Shown piece after piece: positions 19,854-28,968 of a stretch of DNA of 64,000 nt. The stretch's first letter is position 1. The number at the start of each line of letters is the position of its first letter. Below the pieces are notes generated by a model. The model was not told the origin of the DNA. It ran no database searches and saw only the letters and a list, made by a program, of their open reading frames with translations. Made by a program: the position numbers and the translations under genes. Source of the DNA: Candidatus Shapirobacteria bacterium (lineage in GTDB: Bacteria > Patescibacteriota > Microgenomatia > UBA12405); contig JACPHO010000001.1 of assembly GCA_016188545.1 (NCBI GenBank), positions 355,324-419,323 of the forward strand, written 5' to 3'.

Positions 19854-20156
19854 ATGATTTCAGCCACAAAGGCAAGTTTCCAGACAGAGGTCTTAGACTT
19901 TAAAGGTAAAGTTTTAGTAGATTTCTGGGCGCAGTGGTGCGGTCCATGCCAGATGTTGTCTCCAATCATTGACCAAATTGCCGCCGAAAAACCAGATGTT
20001 AAGATTGTCAAAGTCAACGTCGACGAAGAGATCGATCTAGCTACTGCGTACAATATTTCCAGCATTCCCGCCATTATGATTTTTGATAATGGAAAACCAG
20101 TTAAAACTATCATTGGTTTTCGCCAAAAGCAGGAATACCTCCAAATCCTGGTATAA
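19854..20156 (+). CDS. trxA: thioredoxin
   Basis: VDFWAQWCGPC, SIP. Confidence 0.96.
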   Translation: MISATKASFQTEVLDFKGKVLVDFWAQWCGPCQMLSPIIDQIAAEKPDVKIVKVNVDEEIDLATAYNISSIPAIMIFDNGKPVKTIIGFRQKQEYLQILV

Positions 20157-20162
20157 TCCATC

Positions 20163-21152
20163 ATGGATTTTACCGAACTTTCCAACTATCTAGTTGAAAA
20201 ATCATTCCCAGCATACCGACTCCGTCAGATTCAGAAAAACTATTTCTCTGGTAGGTATTCAAGCTTTTTGGAAATGTCAGACTTACCCCTAGGCCTTCGC
20301 ACAGAACTTGATCAAAAATTTCCACTATTTTCTGTAGCGGTAAAAAACATTTTAAAAGGGGATTCATCTCAAAAAGCTGTGCTCGAGCTAAGCGACGGTC
20401 TTAAAATCGAGACCGTACTCATGGATTACGAGCAGTGGTTAACCGCCTGTGTTAGTACACAAGTAGGTTGTCCCTTAGCTTGTACTTTTTGCGCCACTGG
20501 CAAAATGGGATTAAAAAGAAATTTAACAGCCTCAGAAATAGTTGATCAAATTATTTTCTGGAACCATCAGGTGTATCCAAAATACGTTGGTCGGATAGTC
20601 TTTATGGGGATGGGAGAACCATTTTTGAACTGGGATAATCTAGTTAACTCCTTACAGATTCTTCGTAATGAACTAAAAATCGGTGCTCGAAAAATCAGCA
20701 TATCCACTGCCGGAGTTGTGCCTCGAATCTACGACTTTGCCAATTTAGATACTGAGATAAACTTAGCCATCTCCCTTCATTCAGCCGATCAAATTACTCG
20801 CGAAGAAATGATGCCCATCGCCAAGCAATATTCACTTACAGATCTGGCCAAAGCACTAGATTACTACACTAAAAAGACCAATAGACAGGTATTTTTTGAA
20901 TATCTCTTGGCTAAGGATGTCAATGATAGTGACTACCATCTCGATCAATTAATCGAATTTTTGAGAACCAACAAATTGTTTTACTTGAATCTAATTCCTC
21001 TAAATCCAATAAAAGGCGGCCTTACTCCTTCACCTCGACTTGATATCTTTCAAAAAGAGTTAGTCAAAAATAATATTGATTTTTCAGTAAGACATTCAAT
21101 TGGTCAATCAATCAACTCCGCCTGCGGTCAATTAATAGTAAATGACCAGTAG
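20163..21152 (+). CDS. rlmN: 23S rRNA m2A2503 radical-SAM methyltransferase
   Basis: CVSTQVGCPLACTFCATG, FMGMGEP, ISLH, SACGQL. Confidence 0.95.
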   Translation: MDFTELSNYLVEKSFPAYRLRQIQKNYFSGRYSSFLEMSDLPLGLRTELDQKFPLFSVAVKNILKGDSSQKAVLELSDGLKIETVLMDYEQWLTACVSTQVGCPLACTFCATGKMGLKRNLTASEIVDQIIFWNHQVYPKYVGRIVFMGMGEPFLNWDNLVNSLQILRNELKIGARKISISTAGVVPRIYDFANLDTEINLAISLHSADQITREEMMPIAKQYSLTDLAKALDYYTKKTNRQVFFEYLLAKDVNDSDYHLDQLIEFLRTNKLFYLNLIPLNPIKGGLTPSPRLDIFQKELVKNNIDFSVRHSIGQSINSACGQLIVNDQ

Positions 21153-21243
21153 ACTGATATTGGTCATTAGTTGTTATATTAACCTATAAATAGGATATAA
21201 TAACTTTACAAACTTTTAACTTTTAAACTTTATAAACTACCCC

Positions 21244-22191
21244 ATGTTAGTCGATGAAGTCAAAATTACCCTCCAAGCCGGAAAAGGTGGCGATGGTCTA
21301 GTCCATTTTTATACCGATCGTTGGCGCCCTAAGGGTGGGCCAGATGGTGGTAACGGTGGTGATGGTGGTAATGTCTATTTCCGGGCAGTTTCAGACATTA
21401 GTCGACTCCATCAATTTCGTCACCAAAAAAACTTTGAGGCGCAAGATGGTGGAAAAGGTGGCCCCAACAATTGCACCGGTAAAAATGGTGTCGATCTCTA
21501 TTTAGATATTCCCTATGGTTCTGTTATTAGTTATGACAACGGTACCCAAGTAGAGCTGGAAACTGTCGGCCAAATTATTCTCGCTTCAAAAGGAGGGAGG
21601 GGAGGCAAAGGTAATCATCATTATCGTAGCGCCACCAATCAGACACCCAAAGAACACACCACCGGTTTTTCACCTCCAGTAAAAAACATTCATATCAAAC
21701 TAAAACTTATTGCTGATATAGGCTTTATCGGGCTACCAAATGCCAGTAAAACGTCACTCCTTAACGAATTGACCAGTGCTAACGCCCAAGTAGCCAACTA
21801 CGCTTTTACCACCCTAGAACCAAATCTTGGTGTCATGAAAGGTGGCCAAATCATTGCTGACATCCCAGGGTTAATAGAAGGCGCCAGTGATGGTAAAGGT
21901 TTGGGATATAAGTTCCTTAAGCATGTCGAACGCACCAAGATTCTGGTCCATTGTGTCTCAGCCGAATCGGCCGACCCAGTAGCTGACTATCAAGTCGTTC
22001 GCCAAGAGCTCAAAAACTATAGTAGTGTTCTCGATTCCAAAACCGAGATTGTCGTCCTCACTAAATCAGATCTCCTTGATCAAAAAGATATCAAGAAAAT
22101 AAGTAAAAAAATCGGAGCCGCTCTAGCAGTGTCAATAGTTGACGACAAAAGTCTCAAGAGTCTGTCAGACATGCTTTCCAAATTGATTTAA
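21244..22191 (+). CDS. obgE: Obg family GTPase
   Basis: GGPDGGNGGDGG, YAFTTLEPNLG, DIPGLIEGA. Confidence 0.95.
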   Translation: MLVDEVKITLQAGKGGDGLVHFYTDRWRPKGGPDGGNGGDGGNVYFRAVSDISRLHQFRHQKNFEAQDGGKGGPNNCTGKNGVDLYLDIPYGSVISYDNGTQVELETVGQIILASKGGRGGKGNHHYRSATNQTPKEHTTGFSPPVKNIHIKLKLIADIGFIGLPNASKTSLLNELTSANAQVANYAFTTLEPNLGVMKGGQIIADIPGLIEGASDGKGLGYKFLKHVERTKILVHCVSAESADPVADYQVVRQELKNYSSVLDSKTEIVVLTKSDLLDQKDIKKISKKIGAALAVSIVDDKSLKSLSDMLSKLI

Positions 22192-22250
22192 CCCACAGCC
22201 CCCGTCTTTTGTTTTTTACTTTTGAATTTTTACTTTTGAAATTCTCAGCT

Positions 22251-22679
22251 TTAGCTGAGCGCCTTCTTCATTCTTTCCCAGTCTTTCTTGAGATAAGTGA
22301 CAATTTTTTCGGCACCTGATTTTGTACTCTTAAAATCATCCTTAAAGTCAGCCACCACACCCTCGACTACTTTTCCATATTTGTCTTTATCAAGTTCTTC
22401 ACCCGCAGTTCGTATTGAGGCCACTTTACCGACTACCGCATTCTTTACCTCATTGTACTTGTCAGTCGCATCTTCGGTCGCTTTACCAAAAACATCCCTA
22501 ACTCTTTCTTTTGTTTCACTGGTCTCAGTCTTAATCCTTTTCGAAATCTCTGAGGCAAGCTTGGCAATATCTTTCCTGGTTTCTTTCCCAGATTTTGGCG
22601 CTAGAAGTAAACCTCCAACTGCACCGGCCAAAGCACCGAGTAAACCAGCTAAGAAAAATCCACCTTTATTTTTTGACAT
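22251..22679 (-). CDS. YtxH domain protein
   Basis: FLAGLLGALAGAVGGLLLAPKSGKETR. Confidence 0.9.
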   Translation of the reverse strand: MSKNKGGFFLAGLLGALAGAVGGLLLAPKSGKETRKDIAKLASEISKRIKTETSETKERVRDVFGKATEDATDKYNEVKNAVVGKVASIRTAGEELDKDKYGKVVEGVVADFKDDFKSTKSGAEKIVTYLKKDWERMKKALS

Positions 22680-22687
22680 GTATTTAT

Positions 22688-24139
22688 TTAAAGAATAACT
22701 GTCTTAAGTCTACGAGATCGTCTAATCTGTGTCAAGAAATATACCCCGACCAATAGGAGTACTGGCACTGCCATATTGCCGTATTTAATTACATTTTTTA
22801 TATTATCAGGCACCTCTCTGAGCTGATTTACGCTCATCACTTTATTTCGAATCTCAAATATTCCGCTATCCCCCGACATGTAGTCAATCAAGTTTAGTGC
22901 TAGCGCCAAGTTCTGTTGGCTATTAACCACAAACTGATCGGTCACAAAGTCTTTATCGCTTATCACCGCCAGTTTTAACTTATCACTCCGAACCGCTCCC
23001 ACAACATATCGCTTACCCGCTTCTGAGGATTTTTTCAGGCTAGCCGGGGAGACATCACTCACACTATCGTCCAGTGTTGAGTTATCAACCCAAAACAACG
23101 GCTTTGCCTCGTTGTTTACTTCGATATTCGAAGCCCAGGGAATCAACAATGAATTAATCCCTGATAATGTTGGATTTGAACTATCAATTTGGTTGGAATT
23201 TATTTGCAACCAATAAGGATATTGAACCAAAAAACTTCCTGTCTGAGTTTTGAAGCTAGCTACCGCACCCTTGGGACTACTAATTAGTCCACTGTTCATT
23301 TTCATTCCTCGATCCTCAAATATTTTTTCCAAGCCGGTATCAACCGTTTTTGTAACTACCATATTCTGGTTCACCTCAGTTCGATCAACAAATGCCACGG
23401 TCGGTCTGCCACTGTCAATCCACCTTACTAGTTTAGTGATGCCTTTATCATCTATTTTTGTTGATCTTCCCACAATAACAAGGCCGCTTGCCTCCGTCGG
23501 AAACTCTTTATCACCATCCAGCGCCACCTCGACAACTTTATATGAACCCTCTAAATACTTTTTCAAATATTGAATTCCACTTTGAACCGTACCTTCATCT
23601 TCATAAAAAGCTAGTATTGGTATTGCAGTCGAAGTCAATCTCTTTATTCCCGAGACTAGTAGATATTCCAGGTTACCAACATCACCCGCCACTGGTAACA
23701 CTTCGTATTTTTCTTTGTACTTCATCACCAGTCCAAAATATCCTTTTTGAACTTCAAACTTATCATTTTTAATCGACGAAAATTGCAGTTCTTTTATACC
23801 GTATTTGGCCACATCAGCCTTTGCCTTATCATCACTGGATGGATCAATTATTGTCAGTTTGAATTTCGATTTATTCACTGTTTCCATCGACTTTAATATC
23901 GCCCTCAATCCATAAAGTACTGGTCTAGCTTCCCCAGGCAAATTGTTTGAGGCATACACCACCATCTCTACCTGTCCGTCAATATTATTAATTGTTTTCG
24001 TGGTGTAGTTTGATAGGCTGTTTATTTTATTGGCACTCAGGTCAATTTTTAAGTCCGGAAGTTGATACACCCCCAAATTAACTCCGATAATTATTGTCAA
24101 AAATAACAAGGTAGTTGTAAAACTAATTATTTTTTTCAT
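22688..24139 (-). CDS. GldG-like ABC transporter auxiliary component
   Basis: IDLSANKINSLS, NLEYLL, LNLIDYM; follows the ABC ATPase and permease genes. Confidence 0.8.
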   Translation of the reverse strand: MKKIISFTTTLLFLTIIIGVNLGVYQLPDLKIDLSANKINSLSNYTTKTINNIDGQVEMVVYASNNLPGEARPVLYGLRAILKSMETVNKSKFKLTIIDPSSDDKAKADVAKYGIKELQFSSIKNDKFEVQKGYFGLVMKYKEKYEVLPVAGDVGNLEYLLVSGIKRLTSTAIPILAFYEDEGTVQSGIQYLKKYLEGSYKVVEVALDGDKEFPTEASGLVIVGRSTKIDDKGITKLVRWIDSGRPTVAFVDRTEVNQNMVVTKTVDTGLEKIFEDRGMKMNSGLISSPKGAVASFKTQTGSFLVQYPYWLQINSNQIDSSNPTLSGINSLLIPWASNIEVNNEAKPLFWVDNSTLDDSVSDVSPASLKKSSEAGKRYVVGAVRSDKLKLAVISDKDFVTDQFVVNSQQNLALALNLIDYMSGDSGIFEIRNKVMSVNQLREVPDNIKNVIKYGNMAVPVLLLVGVYFLTQIRRSRRLKTVIL

Positions 24140-24833
24140 TTGTCCTCTGCGCCAACCAAGTAAAAAGAACTATTGTAGAAACCAAATATACCGTGGTGTT
24201 TAAGCCAATTTCACCATTATAAAACGGTGTCATTTTATCATTCAGGCTTAATTGTTCAAAAACTCTCGCTAAAAAATATGGAATCTTTGACAATACCATT
24301 TCCTGACTCATCAAACTGTTTAACACTAAGACTATTGTTGTTCCGATAAAAGCCACTGCTGGATGTTTTGTCAAGCTTGATATCCATAACCCTATTGCCA
24401 GATATGTCGATCCAAGTAAGAAAAGGCCAACATAACCACTAAAAACCACACCAATATCCATTTTCCCTAGGTACAATAAACTAAGTAATGTTGGTGTTGT
24501 TAACAATAAACTAACCAGTAAAAATCCCATACCAGCTAACATTTTCCCCCACAAAATCATTTTTATGTTTACCGGGTTTGTAATTAAAACTTCCCAAGTA
24601 CCACTTTTTTTCTCATCAGCAATCCAGCCCATAGTTATCGCCGGTATAAAAACAGAAAACAAGTATGTCAGTGTCTGAAAAAGTGGTTTTATGTCGGCAT
24701 TTCCGGCCACAAACACATCCCCCCAAAAAACCCAACACGCCAACATCAACATAATTCCCAAAAATACGTATCCGATAGGATTAAAAAAATATCCTTGAAA
24801 CTCTTTGGCAGCAATAGTCAGTACTTTTTTCAT
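24123..24833 (-). CDS. ABC-2 permease (GldF-like)
   Basis: KEFQGYFFNPIGY, PAITM..IADEKKSGTWE. Confidence 0.88.
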   Translation of the reverse strand: MKKVLTIAAKEFQGYFFNPIGYVFLGIMLMLACWVFWGDVFVAGNADIKPLFQTLTYLFSVFIPAITMGWIADEKKSGTWEVLITNPVNIKMILWGKMLAGMGFLLVSLLLTTPTLLSLLYLGKMDIGVVFSGYVGLFLLGSTYLAIGLWISSLTKHPAVAFIGTTIVLVLNSLMSQEMVLSKIPYFLARVFEQLSLNDKMTPFYNGEIGLNTTVYLVSTIVLFTWLAQRTNEKNN

Positions 24834-25516
24834 GATGTAAGTTGTATAAACTTTTTCTCGAGGTTTTTTATTTTTGAAGTCGTCTCATCCAAAACAATTT
24901 TTCCACTATTAATTATCAATAGTTGACTGCAAATAGCTGCTGCCTCAGGAAGTATATGTGTCGATAGAATAACCATCTTCTGCTTAGCCAGTTTCTTAAT
25001 AAGTTGTCTTATTTCAATTATCTGCTTGGGGTCCAGACCAGTTGTCGGTTCATCTAGTATCAGTAGGTCTGGATTGCCAATAAGTGCGGCAGCCAACCCT
25101 ACTCTTTGGCGATATCCCTTGGACAGGGTTTCTATCTTACTCTCGTACACATTAGCCAGTCCACATTCCGTCGTCACCCTCATTGTTTCCATAACACAAT
25201 CCTCAGCCCCTTTTATTTTTACGATGTATTCCAAATATTCCCTGACCAACATATACCCGTAGAGTGGATTATTTTCAGGTAAATAGCCGATCTTCGATTT
25301 GTGAAGAAGTGATTTTAGATTAACTTCCTTCATATCCCAAGTCACCGACCCGCTATCTGCTCCAAAATAACCCGTTAAAATTCTCATCAATGTTGTCTTA
25401 CCAGCACCGTTTGGGCCAAGTAGACCAGTAACACTCTTGTCTTTTATTTCAAAACTGACATTATCAAGTACTGTCTTGTCTCCAAATTTTTTACTTATAT
25501 TTTTAACACTCAACAT
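24830..25516 (-). CDS. ABC transporter ATP-binding protein (GldA-like)
   Basis: GPNGAGKTT, LSKGYRQR, ILDEPTTGLDP. Confidence 0.95.
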   Translation of the reverse strand: MLSVKNISKKFGDKTVLDNVSFEIKDKSVTGLLGPNGAGKTTLMRILTGYFGADSGSVTWDMKEVNLKSLLHKSKIGYLPENNPLYGYMLVREYLEYIVKIKGAEDCVMETMRVTTECGLANVYESKIETLSKGYRQRVGLAAALIGNPDLLILDEPTTGLDPKQIIEIRQLIKKLAKQKMVILSTHILPEAAAICSQLLIINSGKIVLDETTSKIKNLEKKFIQLTS

Positions 25517-25520
25517 GTTT

Positions 25521-25898
25521 TTACTTTTTACTTTTTACTTTCGAATTTTCTATCCTAAGTATCTTTTTTATCACAACAAAAACCAGTAGTGCAATAATCA
25601 AAAAGTTTAAAGTAGATCCCATCATATTACCGATCTTAAATTCCGATCCAGCTATTGTGAATACAATTTCTCTCCATGAACCGGTAGGAGATATAATCCC
25701 TATTATTGGCATAATCATATCATTGGCAATCGATGTAGTTAGATCCTTTACTGCCCCGGCAATCACCACCCCGATAGCCAGTTCCAATACATTATAGTTT
25801 TTCAAAAAATCCAAAAACTCATTTTTACTTTCACTCGCTTTCTCGATAATAATTTTAGTTCTTCCTGCTTTAACTTTTACAACTTTTGTTTTTTCCAT
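25521..25898 (-). CDS. mscL: large-conductance mechanosensitive channel
   Basis: EFLDFL..NVLELAIGVVIAGA, NFLIIA. Confidence 0.9.
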   Translation of the reverse strand: MEKTKVVKVKAGRTKIIIEKASESKNEFLDFLKNYNVLELAIGVVIAGAVKDLTTSIANDMIMPIIGIISPTGSWREIVFTIAGSEFKIGNMMGSTLNFLIIALLVFVVIKKILRIENSKVKSKK

Positions 25899-25933
25899 GA
25901 CAAATTATACAACCTGTTCGGTAGGTTAGTTTA

Positions 25934-26025
25934 CCCTGAGCGAATGAAACGAGTCGAATGGGTCATTGCGCTTTGCCCGCCGAAGCGAAGCGTAGGTGGG
26001 AGCGAAGGAATGAGCGTGGCAATCT
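25934..26025 (+). repeat. cluster of nested REP/RPE-like palindromes
   Basis: ccctgagcg..gagtcgaatggg followed by gtcattgcg[insert]agcgaag..cgtggcaatct; related copies at 11032, 51748 and 58894. Confidence 0.75.
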
Positions 26026-26231
26026 TCTGTAATTCTGCCAGTGGGATTAACTTTTCCCACTATTCCAAATTCTGTTTACTTTTGAATTTATTTTTTTTGC
26101 CTTATTCTCGTTTCTATCCTATTCCAGTTACTAGTTACTAATTACCAGTGACATCTCACACCTTATGTTTCTTGTTTTTATTTTTAACTTTTTACTTTTA
26201 ACCTTTTACTTTTGTACTTAGTTTTTTTGTT

Positions 26232-26291
26232 AATGATTTCGTCCTCCGAATCGAAGGACTCATCAGGCCCGATACCTATCGGACAATCATT
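26232..26291 (-). ncRNA. type III hammerhead ribozyme
   Basis: AAUGA-UU / GUCCGAU..AUCGGGC / CUGAUGA / GUCCUUCG-AUU-CGGAGGAC / GAAA-UCAUU; predicted cut after 26285. Confidence 0.93.
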
Positions 26292-26362
26292 CACTAAGCA
26301 CACCGCGGCTGGCAGGGGATAAACCCCTGCCAGTAGCATGTGCGCTCAGCGCTTTGGATAGG

Positions 26363-27085
26363 TTATTGGTAAGGAGTTGCGCAGAATACCGCATTTTCGT
26401 GATCAGTATGTTCATCTCTGTCAAACTCGTAGTAGTTATCCCACTTCTGCGAGGCGACATTAATATATGGACTTTCAATCGTTATTACTGGCATTGGGAT
26501 TGCCATTTCGTTTGAATAACCAACTTGGTCATCGAACAGCATCCATCTGGCGTCGTTTACGTATAAAAGGCTTCCTTTGGCTTCACGCGTGTTCGTGTCA
26601 GTATGCATAACAATACTATTATCGTAGCAAGTCAAGCTTCGTTGATTTGTTTCAGGAGCTGTTCTAGGCAAAGCATCAAAGTAGGCATAAACCTCAGTCA
26701 CGACTGTTTCTTTGTGCTCGGCAAACGCCCAGATCGTCATCCTATACAAGCCTGACTTTCCAGTCGTCCATTCAAAAACATCGAAATCCCCCGGTTGAAT
26801 CTCAAAATGGCCATAGTCTTCATCCATCCACATTACACTTCTCCAGGTAATTCTCTGGGGGTTGACGTTTTCTTCAGATTTATCAATTCCATCTCCTTCA
26901 GGTGCAAAGTCGATTTTTGCATAATAAAGAAGGGGGTCCTCGGATGAATTTGGATGGATAGTTGCTTTGCAAGTTTTGCGGTCACAGATTATCTTTGCAT
27001 TTGCAGGCATTGCTTTCCCACATGCTGAAAGAAACAACCCAATTGTTGCAAAGAACAATACAGCTAACAGTTTTCTTGTTTTCAT
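26363..27085 (-). CDS. lipoprotein of unknown function
   Basis: SD AGGAGA; signal peptide with LSAC lipobox. Confidence 0.85.
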   Translation of the reverse strand: MKTRKLLAVLFFATIGLFLSACGKAMPANAKIICDRKTCKATIHPNSSEDPLLYYAKIDFAPEGDGIDKSEENVNPQRITWRSVMWMDEDYGHFEIQPGDFDVFEWTTGKSGLYRMTIWAFAEHKETVVTEVYAYFDALPRTAPETNQRSLTCYDNSIVMHTDTNTREAKGSLLYVNDARWMLFDDQVGYSNEMAIPMPVITIESPYINVASQKWDNYYEFDRDEHTDHENAVFCATPYQ

Positions 27086-27138
27086 TTCAATCTCCTCTGT
27101 TTAGATAGAATATTTCAAACGACCTTTTAGGGTCATCA

Positions 27139-27441
27139 TCAGGCACGCCTGGAATTACGAATTACCGCTATGATCAAAAATCCCCCAAGCAAAATCAACC
27201 CCAGTGATACAAGGAAAATCCCTTCAAACCCCCAGGTAATTTCCCATAACATTCGTTCAATTGAGACCTTGGTTATTGGAAAAAACTGCCAAATTAGCCA
27301 AATTTTTTCGCGACAATTTATCGCCGCGTTGCCATTGGGGCAATTTGGCCACAACCCCATTGAGGTTACCCACAACAGGGAACCGGCAACCATCGAGTAA
27401 AGCCCCGCTAAAATTCCAAAAAAACTTACAAATCTTTTCAT
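27139..27441 (-). CDS. small two-TM membrane protein
   Basis: SD AAGGAGA before ATG 27441; two hydrophobic helices. Confidence 0.75.
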   Translation of the reverse strand: MKRFVSFFGILAGLYSMVAGSLLWVTSMGLWPNCPNGNAAINCREKIWLIWQFFPITKVSIERMLWEITWGFEGIFLVSLGLILLGGFLIIAVIRNSRRA

Positions 27442-27464
27442 CTCACATTCTCCTTTTTGTATAT

Positions 27465-27582
27465 TTTTAGACACACGGTCAATTCCCCTTTTGGGGTAAC
27501 TGACTAGTGTGTCTAAAACTTTTTCCTATCCAAATTTTTAAAGAACTAAACCTACTTCAACACGCAATGTATTGAGTTAGTT
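27465..27582 (-). promoter_or_regulatory. cassette leader: 5' hairpin, boxA-like motif, pairing segment, long hairpin
   Basis: hairpin 27544-27582; GTTCTTTAAAAAT 27534-27546; TTTGGATAGG 27525-34 complementary to 26353-26362; hairpin 27465-27518. Confidence 0.75.
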
Positions 27583-27585
27583 GCA

Positions 27586-27646
27586 AATGATTTCGTTCTT
27601 CAAATCAATGAAGAAGCTCATCAGTCCGCCTTGGGCGGAAATCATT
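27586..27646 (-). ncRNA. type III hammerhead ribozyme
   Basis: AAUGA-UU / UCCGCC-CAA-GGCGGA / CUGAUGA / G(C)UUCUUCA..UGAAGAAC / GAAA-UCAUU; predicted cut after 27640. Confidence 0.9.
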
Positions 27647-27708
27647 CACGGCATACAATCGCAGGTGGGGAGCCAGAAGGCTCCCCAAATCCTGGATTGC
27701 GCCGCGCT

Positions 27709-28200
27709 TTACGGAGTTTCGATAATGGAGTTGACACAGTATAGTGTTTCATCTTGATAGAAACGGCAGTCCGCCAATTTTTCAACCTTGTATCCTGTAA
27801 ATTCCGATATCCAACCGGATGTATTATCGTCTTGCGTTGCAACTTCCCGCATCCAAACTTCTTCTCCATACAGAAGATAAACAATATGAACTCCGTCTGG
27901 ACTCCAGAAGAATTCAGTCACAGAGGTGACTATTAGGACCAAACCACCTGGAATTGTAGGATTGACTTGCAACACCGAAACCCCTGTTTCAAGGTTTTTA
28001 AGTATAAATGCTTCCTGTCCTTTAGTCGAAAACTTACTTTCCCCATGTTGATAAATCAACTTTGGTGCTTCGGTGGCTACAGGCATTGCAGTAGGGCTGA
28101 TTGCTGGCCGATGATCGCCATTATTTATGGTCGATGCAAGTAATGCAACTGCGAGACCCAAAACAATGTGCCACCATTTTAAACCTAGTCGAGTTTTCAT
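27709..28200 (-). CDS. secreted or membrane-anchored protein with a TolB/PD40-like WSPDG motif
   Basis: SD AAGGAGA; N-terminal hydrophobic segment, P/T-rich linker, FWSPDGVHIVY. Confidence 0.75.
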   Translation of the reverse strand: MKTRLGLKWWHIVLGLAVALLASTINNGDHRPAISPTAMPVATEAPKLIYQHGESKFSTKGQEAFILKNLETGVSVLQVNPTIPGGLVLIVTSVTEFFWSPDGVHIVYLLYGEEVWMREVATQDDNTSGWISEFTGYKVEKLADCRFYQDETLYCVNSIIETP

Positions 28201-28279
28201 CTCTTCTCCTTAAATATAATTCCTCTGACAAAAAGCTGTCAGGCCAATTGAACTTCCCGAATCATTTGATTCGATCGTT

Positions 28280-28726
28280 TTAGCGCTCTGATTTTGCTTT
28301 TGGTGTGCAGGTTGGTATGGTTCTTCCAGCAGTTACAACACAAACCTGTGAAGAGGTATCGTAGGTCATTTGACCATAAGCTACCCACTTCGTCGAACCT
28401 GCTACGAACCAAGGTTCAGTCCAACAACTCCAGTCAAGTGTATTGCGATCATTCAATACTGCTATACACAATGATTGACTGTTGTGGTTCTGGTAAACAG
28501 CAGCTTGCATAATCTGCCTACCAGAAAAAGGAGACATCTGAGATGTTCCGTCAATATAGACCCCCTTCGGCTCTTCTGAAAATGGATTTTCGATGTGAAT
28601 ATTTTTTACTGTTTTAATTCCCCATGTTTTTATATCATCATCAAATCCGACCCCAACAGATACTGCAGCCAAAATCATACAAGCACAGACGCCGATCAAA
28701 ATTCCAATAACCAACAGTTTGTTCAT
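28280..28726 (-). CDS. secreted or membrane-anchored Cys-containing protein
   Basis: SD AAGGAGA; N-terminal hydrophobic segment. Confidence 0.75.
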   Translation of the reverse strand: MNKLLVIGILIGVCACMILAAVSVGVGFDDDIKTWGIKTVKNIHIENPFSEEPKGVYIDGTSQMSPFSGRQIMQAAVYQNHNSQSLCIAVLNDRNTLDWSCWTEPWFVAGSTKWVAYGQMTYDTSSQVCVVTAGRTIPTCTPKAKSER

Positions 28727-28755
28727 CTCAACTCTCCTTTGAGTTTCAAATAGTC

Positions 28756-28916
28756 TTTGGATACACAGTTAACTTCCCCCTTTGGGTGAAATTAATCGGT
28801 GTACCCAAATCTTCTCTACTCCGTAATTTTTTAAAGTGCCAAGTAATCGGCATTACACAGCAATTGTGTAGTTTGATTACTTAGCAAATACTAGCAAAAA
28901 ATAACCCAAATGTCAA
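28756..28916 (-). promoter_or_regulatory. cassette leader with sigma70-type promoter
   Basis: TTGACA(28911-16)-17-TAGTAT(28888-93) with extended TG; hairpin 28841-28882 begins at the expected start site; GCACTTTAAAAAA 28827-39; TTACGGAGT 28818-26 complementary to 27709-17; hairpin 28756-28809. Confidence 0.8.
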
Positions 28917-28968
28917 TATTATGGGCTGTAATTTAAAGTAAAAATTCAAAAGTAAAAAGTAAAATAAC

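Noticed and set aside
27110-27150. CUGAUGA...GAAA on the minus strand between two cassette ORFs (possible fourth hammerhead)
   Set aside because: The motif arises from tandem TGA stops; stems I and III do not form and extra bases separate the hairpin from GAAA. At most a relic.
27465-27518. Leader hairpins (also 28756-28809) as c-di-GMP or other known riboswitches
   Set aside because: Single long stems without recognisable aptamer consensus; treated as part of the cassette scaffold.
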